From a bacterium (GTDB taxonomy: Bacteria; Actinomycetota; CALGFH01), in NCBI GenBank assembly GCA_046727955.1, contig JBKPDO010000038.1:22198-86197 (forward strand): a stretch of DNA of 64,000 nt, given 5' to 3'. Made by a program: the position numbers and the translations under genes. The notes beneath the pieces were generated by a model, which saw only the letters and a list, made by a program, of their open reading frames with translations, was not told the DNA's origin and did not search any database. Position 1 is the stretch's first letter. Every line of letters begins with the position of its first letter. Shown here piece by piece: positions 59,086 to 64,000 of the stretch.

Positions 59086-59681
59086 GGAGTCGAGATGGAG
59101 CCCCCACCCGCCCTCTCTGCGGTGCCGCCCGCCGACCTGCCAGAAGACTTCCGCCAGCGATCACGATTGCACGCGGTCGCCTGCTCTGCCTCACAGCGTC
59201 GGTCGAACCGTATCAGGTGCTTCAGGTGCTGGCGCCGCGCGGAGTTGCGTGAACCCTTGGGTCCAACCAGGAAGGACTCGGCCAGCCGACCGTGGCATCC
59301 CAAACCGAAACCGTTTGTCGGGCTGGCCCAACCCGTTCACCACCCGTTCACGTCGACCAGTTCAGGCGGCACAGCCACCGACGGCGGCGGCGACACCACG
59401 CTGCGCGCGCCGCAGGGCCTGGCGATCGAGTTCCTGCGCGTCCCCGAGCGCAAGAGCGTCAAGCATCGCCTGCACCTGGACCTGCGCACCAGCGGTTTCG
59501 CCGCCGCGGTCGACCAGGCGGTGGCGCTCGGCGCGAGCCGAGCCGACGACGTCTGCGCAGGAGCAGGAGGCCGATGGCAGGGACGCCGCGACCCCGACGG
59601 CGACGAGTTGTGCCTCCTGCACCCCGTCCCTGAACCAGGCTTTGGGGTTGCGACCTGTGGCTGGACGGCTTGGCGTCCACC

Positions 59682-60392
59682 TCAGGCGAGGTCGCGCAGG
59701 TGCTCGGCGGCGAGCAGGGCCACGGCGGGGTGATGGGTCCACATGCCCTCTGGCCGGGCCAGGCCGAGGTCGGCCAGCACGGTCTCCTCGCCGTCGCCGA
59801 GCACCACGGCCAGGCGGTCGTCGCCCTGCCCGCGGTCGGGGCGCCGGCGCACCCGCACGCGCTCGCCCTGCGGCAGGTCCAGGGCGGCAGTGTCGCCGGC
59901 GACCAGATCGATGGCGACGCCGCGCTCGGCGGCGGCGCGCAGCGCCGGCGTCAGCTCGGCAAGCTCGCCGCTTGGGATGGCGGCGGCCAGCCGCTCGCGC
60001 GTGCGGTCGATCGCCCGCCGCATGGAGTCGACCACGTGGCCCCCCCCGGACAGGCTCCAGGTCAGCTTGGTGTCCTGCTCGTGGCCGAGCTGGGCGAGGC
60101 CCTGCTCGACCGCGGTCAGGTTGGACTGCATGCGCTCGCGCAGCGTGGCGGTCAGGTCCCGGTAGGGGACCGGCGCCCAGAGGGTGGGGTCGGAGCGCTG
60201 CACGAGCACCGCCCCCTTCTGGAGCAGCCGCTCGAGGGTCTCGTAGACCTTGGAGGTCGGGATGGCGGCGGTCTTGGCGACCTCGTGCCCGTTGGCCGGT
60301 GAGCGCTGGAGCAGGGCGCAGTAGGCACGGGCCTCGTACTGGGAGAAGCCGAGGGGCTGGAGCCGCTGGACGAGCTCGTCGATGCCGGCCAC
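59682..60392 (-). CDS. TrmB-family transcriptional regulator
   Basis: The N-terminal TrmB HTH is LGFSQYEARAYCALLQRSPANGHEVAKTAAIPTSKVYETLERL. The TrmB C-terminal domain is present. Confidence 0.75.
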   Translation of the reverse strand: MAGIDELVQRLQPLGFSQYEARAYCALLQRSPANGHEVAKTAAIPTSKVYETLERLLQKGAVLVQRSDPTLWAPVPYRDLTATLRERMQSNLTAVEQGLAQLGHEQDTKLTWSLSGGGHVVDSMRRAIDRTRERLAAAIPSGELAELTPALRAAAERGVAIDLVAGDTAALDLPQGERVRVRRRPDRGQGDDRLAVVLGDGEETVLADLGLARPEGMWTHHPAVALLAAEHLRDLA

Positions 60393-60781
60393 GCGACCGC
60401 CTCCCTTGACTGCACTACCGCGGTAGTGTCATAGTGTCTCGCGAACTACTACCGCAGTAGTATAGCAAAGAGGAGCTGAGGCAAATGTCCGATCCCATCG
60501 CCGGCTGGCTGGTGGTGCGGAACACCGGCGCCCTGGCGCGCTCCGCCCTCCCCGACGCCCCGGTCATCGACGAGCCCGAGCGCGTCAAGCCCAGGCGCGG
60601 GCGCCGCCGCGCCGCCCTCTCCCTGCGCCGGCTCGCCGACCGCCTCGACCCAGCACCAAGGACTGCTGCCAGCGCCATGTAGCAACGTGGCAGGTCCGCC
60701 GCCCCGTCCAGCTCCGGCCGGTCGGGGCGGTGTCGCGTCTGGGAGGCGTGGGGACAGGCGTGGGGACAGGCGTGGCGGTCG

Positions 60782-60823
60782 GGCATCTCAACTCAATTAC
60801 CGCACCAGGAATCGAGGTTAGCG
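60782..60823. repeat. Right copy of the roughly 40-bp inverted repeat pair
   Basis: See 59044-59085. It also encodes the last 9 codons (ANLDSWCGN*) of the methyltransferase fragment. Confidence 0.75.
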
Positions 60824-61047
60824 ATTCTCGGTCTCGCGCTGATGCAGAGCAGCGATGGTGAGCTTCCGGCCGTGACCGTGGTCTCGAATCCGTGCTTGGC
60901 CAGGGCAGCGGTCACTGCCTCCGTGACCCGGCCCGCCTGCTCCTGGCCCGGTGTCTCATAGATCAGGCGCAGCACACCACCCGGACGCAACAGATCCTTT
61001 ATGAGCAGCAGTTCCGCGTCAGCCGGCCGCACCCAGAACAGGTTCAC
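60793..61047 (-). pseudogene. C-terminal remnant of a class I SAM-dependent methyltransferase
   Basis: ...LLLIKDLLRPGGVLRLIYETP... is the typical post-motif-III region. The N-terminal half, including the SAM-binding motif I, is absent and replaced by the 61069-61140 repeat. Confidence 0.4.
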
Positions 61048-61068
61048 GTTGATCGCGAAAACCTGGAG

Positions 61069-61140
61069 CGCCGGTCAAGTAGCCGGTTTTGAGGTGATTG
61101 GGTGGCCGCCGGGGGCGGCGCGCAGGGCCAGGACCGCTCA
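61069..61140. repeat. Copy 2 of the roughly 60-70 bp repeat first seen at 39826-39900
   Basis: Direct sequence comparison. Confidence 0.7.
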
Positions 61141-61176
61141 TACAGGGCCTGGCCCCCCGCCGGGGAATGGCCGATC

Positions 61177-61545
61177 ATGAGAAGGCCCGACTGCCCTTCT
61201 GAGGAGGGCCGACCGATGCCGCCTGCCCGCCCAGTTCGGGGCCGCATCGCCTTGGGGGTTGTCACCGCCTTCGTGGTGCTGCTGGCCCTCTCCGGCATGG
61301 CGCTGGTGGTGAGCGCCGGCGACGCCACGGGTCGGGCCTTTGGCGCGGTCGAGCTGGCAATGGGCCTGCTGATCCTGAGTCTCCTGGTCCCGATGTGGCG
61401 CGGGCCGCGGCCACCCGGGCCCGGGAGCGGACTGCGGCCACCCGGGCCCACGCCCGGGCCACCCGCGGGGCCACCCACGCCCGGGCCACCCCCCGGGCCG
61501 CCCGCGGACCCCACGCCCGGGCCACCCGCCGGGCCATCCGCCTGA
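61177..61545 (+). CDS. Small membrane protein with Pro-rich (PTPGPPAGP-like) repetitive C-terminal tail; start uncertain
   Basis: Two TM helices are followed by imperfect Pro/Gly repeats encoded at 61430-61540. Confidence 0.35.
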   Translation: MRRPDCPSEEGRPMPPARPVRGRIALGVVTAFVVLLALSGMALVVSAGDATGRAFGAVELAMGLLILSLLVPMWRGPRPPGPGSGLRPPGPTPGPPAGPPTPGPPPGPPADPTPGPPAGPSA

Positions 61546-61549
61546 GAGC

Positions 61550-61813
61550 TCACCGGATCCCGAACCTGGCCCGAACCTGGGGCCGTACCAGCAGGAGCAC
61601 CAGCCCGACGTCGATCAGCAACCCCAGGATCCCGCGCAGCAGCGTGGCGTCGAGGACCAGCATGACCAGCGCAAGTGGCCACGCCCAGCGCTGCCACCGC
61701 AGCAGGCCGATGCCAGTCCCGACCGTCCCGGCTACCAAGAGCAACGGCAGGACGACGGCGCCAAGCGAAAGCGCGTGCACCACGGCCAAGACGGCGACCA
61801 CAACAAAGCCCAC
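61550..61813 (-). CDS. Small hydrophobic membrane protein (2-3 TM)
   Basis: 87-aa ORF MGFVVVAVLAVVHALSLGAVVLPLLLVAGTVG.... It may start further upstream. Confidence 0.4.
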   Translation of the reverse strand: MGFVVVAVLAVVHALSLGAVVLPLLLVAGTVGTGIGLLRWQRWAWPLALVMLVLDATLLRGILGLLIDVGLVLLLVRPQVRARFGIR

Positions 61814-61918
61814 CGCCTTGATAAAGAAGACGATGGCCGCGATGATGACTGACCGCTCAGGGTCTATGGCGCCCTTCCCCTGTCAAACGATGAGCCTGGG
61901 CTGCGTTACGGCACGGCG

Positions 61919-62944
61919 TTACGGCACGAGGATGCCGCGGCCTTGGAGGCGGCCGCCGTCCAGATCGTCCATGGAGTCGTTGACCGCGTCCAGCGGATAG
62001 GTCTGAGTGTGCAGCTTGACCTTGCCCTGGGCCGCCAGGGTCATCAGCTCGGCCAGGTCGTTGTAGGTGCCGACCAGGTTGCCGATGACGTTGCGCTCGG
62101 TGGAGATGATGTCGATCGTCGGCACCTCCACAGTGCCGCCGTAGCCGATCACGAAGTGCGAGCCGGCCCGCCTGGTCATCTGCCAGGCGTGCGCCTCGGC
62201 GCCCCGCTCCCCCACGAAGTCGATGACGACCTCGGCGCCCTGACCGTCGGTGAGCTCTTTGACCTGCTCGACCTGGTCGCCGGTCGCCTGCACGACGTGG
62301 TCGGCGCCCATGCCCTGGGCCAGCTCGAGCGCCGGCTCGGAGCGGTCGACCACGATGATCTCGGCCGGGGTGAGCGCCTTCAGCGACTGGATGCCGATGT
62401 GGCCGAGCCCGCCGGCGCCGATCACCACCGCCTTCGTCCCTGGGTACAGCAGCGGGGCCGCCTTCTTGACCGCGTGGTAGGCGGTCAGGCCGGCGTCGGC
62501 CAGGGCGGCCACGTCCGCGGGCTGCAGCGCCGGGTCGATCTTGACGACCGCGCGGGCGCCGGTCTTCAGGAAGTCGGCCATGCCGCCGTCGACGGTGAGC
62601 CCCGGGAAGCTCGAGCTCACGCAGTGCATGTCCTGGCCGGCGCGGCAGGCGCGGCACAGCCCACAGGTGGCCTGCGGGTGCAGGATGACGGTGTCGCCCG
62701 GCACGACATGGGTGACGCCGGCGCCGACCTCGTGGACCCAACCCGCGTTTTCGTGCCCGAGGGTGAACGGCAGCGGCGTGCCGGTCAGCTCGGCCCACTG
62801 CCCCTCGACCAGGTGCAGGTCGGTGCGGCACAGCCCGGCCCCGCCGATGCGCACGATCACGTCGAGCGGGCCGGTGATCTGCGGGTCGGGGACCTGCTCG
62901 ACGACGGGCCGTTGCTCGTACTTTTGCAGTCGGACCGCCTTCAT
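61919..62944 (-). CDS. Zinc-binding NAD(P)-dependent alcohol dehydrogenase (MDR family)
   Basis: The catalytic zinc motif is GHENAGWV. The structural zinc cysteines are CGLCRACRAGQDMHC. The Rossmann motif is VVIGAGGLGHIGIQ. Start at MKAVRLQ. Confidence 0.85.
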   Translation of the reverse strand: MKAVRLQKYEQRPVVEQVPDPQITGPLDVIVRIGGAGLCRTDLHLVEGQWAELTGTPLPFTLGHENAGWVHEVGAGVTHVVPGDTVILHPQATCGLCRACRAGQDMHCVSSSFPGLTVDGGMADFLKTGARAVVKIDPALQPADVAALADAGLTAYHAVKKAAPLLYPGTKAVVIGAGGLGHIGIQSLKALTPAEIIVVDRSEPALELAQGMGADHVVQATGDQVEQVKELTDGQGAEVVIDFVGERGAEAHAWQMTRRAGSHFVIGYGGTVEVPTIDIISTERNVIGNLVGTYNDLAELMTLAAQGKVKLHTQTYPLDAVNDSMDDLDGGRLQGRGILVP

Positions 62945-63089
62945 GGCTGCTCGCCTCCTTCCGCCCCCGAGGTCACGGCCGGCGGGGGCGCCGGGGTCGG
63001 GGTGAAACGGGACCCGGGGAGGCCCCAGGTGCGGAAGAACTCCCCGGTCTTGCGACACAACTCCACGTTGAGGGCGCTCGCCGTGTGGA

Positions 63090-63422
63090 TGATCGCGTTG
63101 GCCCGCCGCCGCGCCGCGACCACGCTGCCGCGCGTCGCGGGGCCACCGTCAGGCCCCGCGAGCAGCGGCGCGGCCGGCCCCGTGTCCTGACCGGCGCGCT
63201 GGCGCCGGTCGAGGTGCTGCAGGACCGCCTCGCGTGCCGCCAGCGACAGGAAGGTGATCCGCGCGCGGGGAGGTCGCGGCTGAGCGCTGTGAGGGGAGGG
63301 TGCACGAGCTGGCAGAGCGAGGAGCCGTCCCACGCGACGAGCGAGACGTCGCCGGGCACCGACAGCCCCATCTCCTGCGCCACCGCCACCCCGGCCACCG
63401 CCACCCCGGCCACCGCCATCAC
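63090..63422 (-). pseudogene. C-terminal remnant of a LacI-family regulator (effector-binding domain tail), frame-disrupted
   Basis: ...VAQEMGLSVPGDVSLVAWDGSSLCQLVHPPLTA... matches the LacI C-terminal region. No HTH or N-terminal subdomain is present. The frame changes downstream. Confidence 0.35.
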
Positions 63423-63835
63423 GCGGAGCGCTCCCGCTGATACGCACCCGCGGTGCGTTTACAGTCCGGCTCCATCGGCTTATCCGGTTCAGTAACTTGG
63501 GCGCCGGGAAACTTCCTCTTGAGGTGAGAGTGATCACTCTCTATCATTCTCTCGAGTCCGCCTCGCCGCCGTTCAAGAGGCCGGCCAAGAGGCCGGCGCG
63601 GAGCGCGAAGACCAAGGGAGGCCCCGATGATCGCTCCGCCGCCGGCCGTCGCGCCGTCACCACCGCCGTGCTGGTGCGGTCAGCCCGGCCAGAGCCACAC
63701 CTCCGACCACACCCCACCCGCCGACCACACCCCACCCGCCGACCACGACTACGCCCCCGCGCAAGGGGTCGAGTCGGAAGCCTACGACGCCTGGTGAGCC
63801 GGGTCCTCACCACCCTTATCAAGGGAGGTTCCCGA

Positions 63836-64000
63836 TGCTCACCCATGCCCCCTTCGAGGCTGCCGACGAACCCGGCGACCAGCAGGGCGAGATCCTAGTG
63901 CTCCCCCTGCAGTTCGTCGTCGCCCCCGACCACGGCCGCTTCCACCCCACCACCCCCACGCACCCAGGCAACACCCGCCTGGACGTCGGCGCGCTCGTCG
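63836..64000 (+). CDS. Hypothetical protein, 3'-partial at the window end
   Basis: The ATG follows the RBS aagggagg. The ORF runs off the end of the window. Confidence 0.4.

Noticed and set aside
59390-59630. Intact glyoxalase-like/VOC gene inside the IR-bounded cassette
   Set aside because: A KHRLHLDL...ELCLLHP core is recognisable, but the N-terminal half does not read as a VOC fold in any single frame. It is left as a probable remnant.
59044-60823. Insertion sequence or transposon
   Set aside because: 40-bp terminal inverted repeats are present, but no transposase or integrase ORF lies between them. The interior encodes a TrmB regulator and a VOC-like fragment. It is kept as a finding but not called a mobile element.
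39826-61140. Prophage or integrative element between the 60-bp direct repeats
   Set aside because: No integrase, recombinase, phage structural genes or tRNA attachment site is present. Gene content is chromosomal-type transporters and regulators. Only the repeat itself is reported.

Overview
This 64 kb window is very GC-rich (about 72%) and looks like an actinobacterial chromosome segment, roughly two-thirds coding. I found no rRNA, tRNA, CRISPR, transposase or prophage genes.

Intact genes I can support include: the transcription accessory protein Tex; a thiolase; a class I/II aminotransferase; a DivIVA-domain protein; a PDZ/Lon-like S16 peptidase; a RelE/ParE–Phd/YefM toxin-antitoxin pair; two aminoglycoside-acetyltransferase-type GNATs (Eis-family and AAC(2')-I-like); a HoxN nickel/cobalt permease; a CPA1 K+/H+ antiporter; a DHA2 MFS exporter with its MarR regulator; and many small regulators (HxlR, MerR, two TetR, PadR, XRE-cupin, TrmB).

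The most interesting locus is at 36.5–39.3 kb. An assimilatory-type siroheme sulfite/nitrite reductase (NirA/SirA family) is translationally coupled through a TGATG overlap to a separate FrhB/FpoF-like subunit carrying an N-terminal 2x[4Fe-4S] domain. This is a candidate split, F420H2-dependent sulfite/nitrite reductase. It is followed by a heavily structured 150-bp intergenic element.

A second candidate system is a three-gene, translationally coupled exopolysaccharide operon at 8–12.6 kb on the minus strand: a GT2 cellulose-synthase-like gene with a QxxRW motif, a GH26 lipoprotein, and a GT39/ArnT-like membrane protein.

The window is unusually rich in single-base frameshifts (GT39-like, GT2, RIO kinase, NicO genes) and in orphan gene fragments (luciferase-like monooxygenase, ABC-2 permease, arginase, LuxR/LAL regulator, histidine kinase, deaminase, VOC, alpha/beta-hydrolase, methyltransferase, LacI). 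It also carries many short tandem repeats, several of them in-frame inside coding sequences. This pattern suggests either true genome decay or indel-type assembly errors. It should be resolved before any gene is called a pseudogene.

Notable repeats include a GCGGCAA-containing repeat array upstream of the eis-like gene, a roughly 60-bp element present twice 21 kb apart, 36-bp direct repeats, and a 40-bp inverted-repeat pair that brackets a TrmB regulator.
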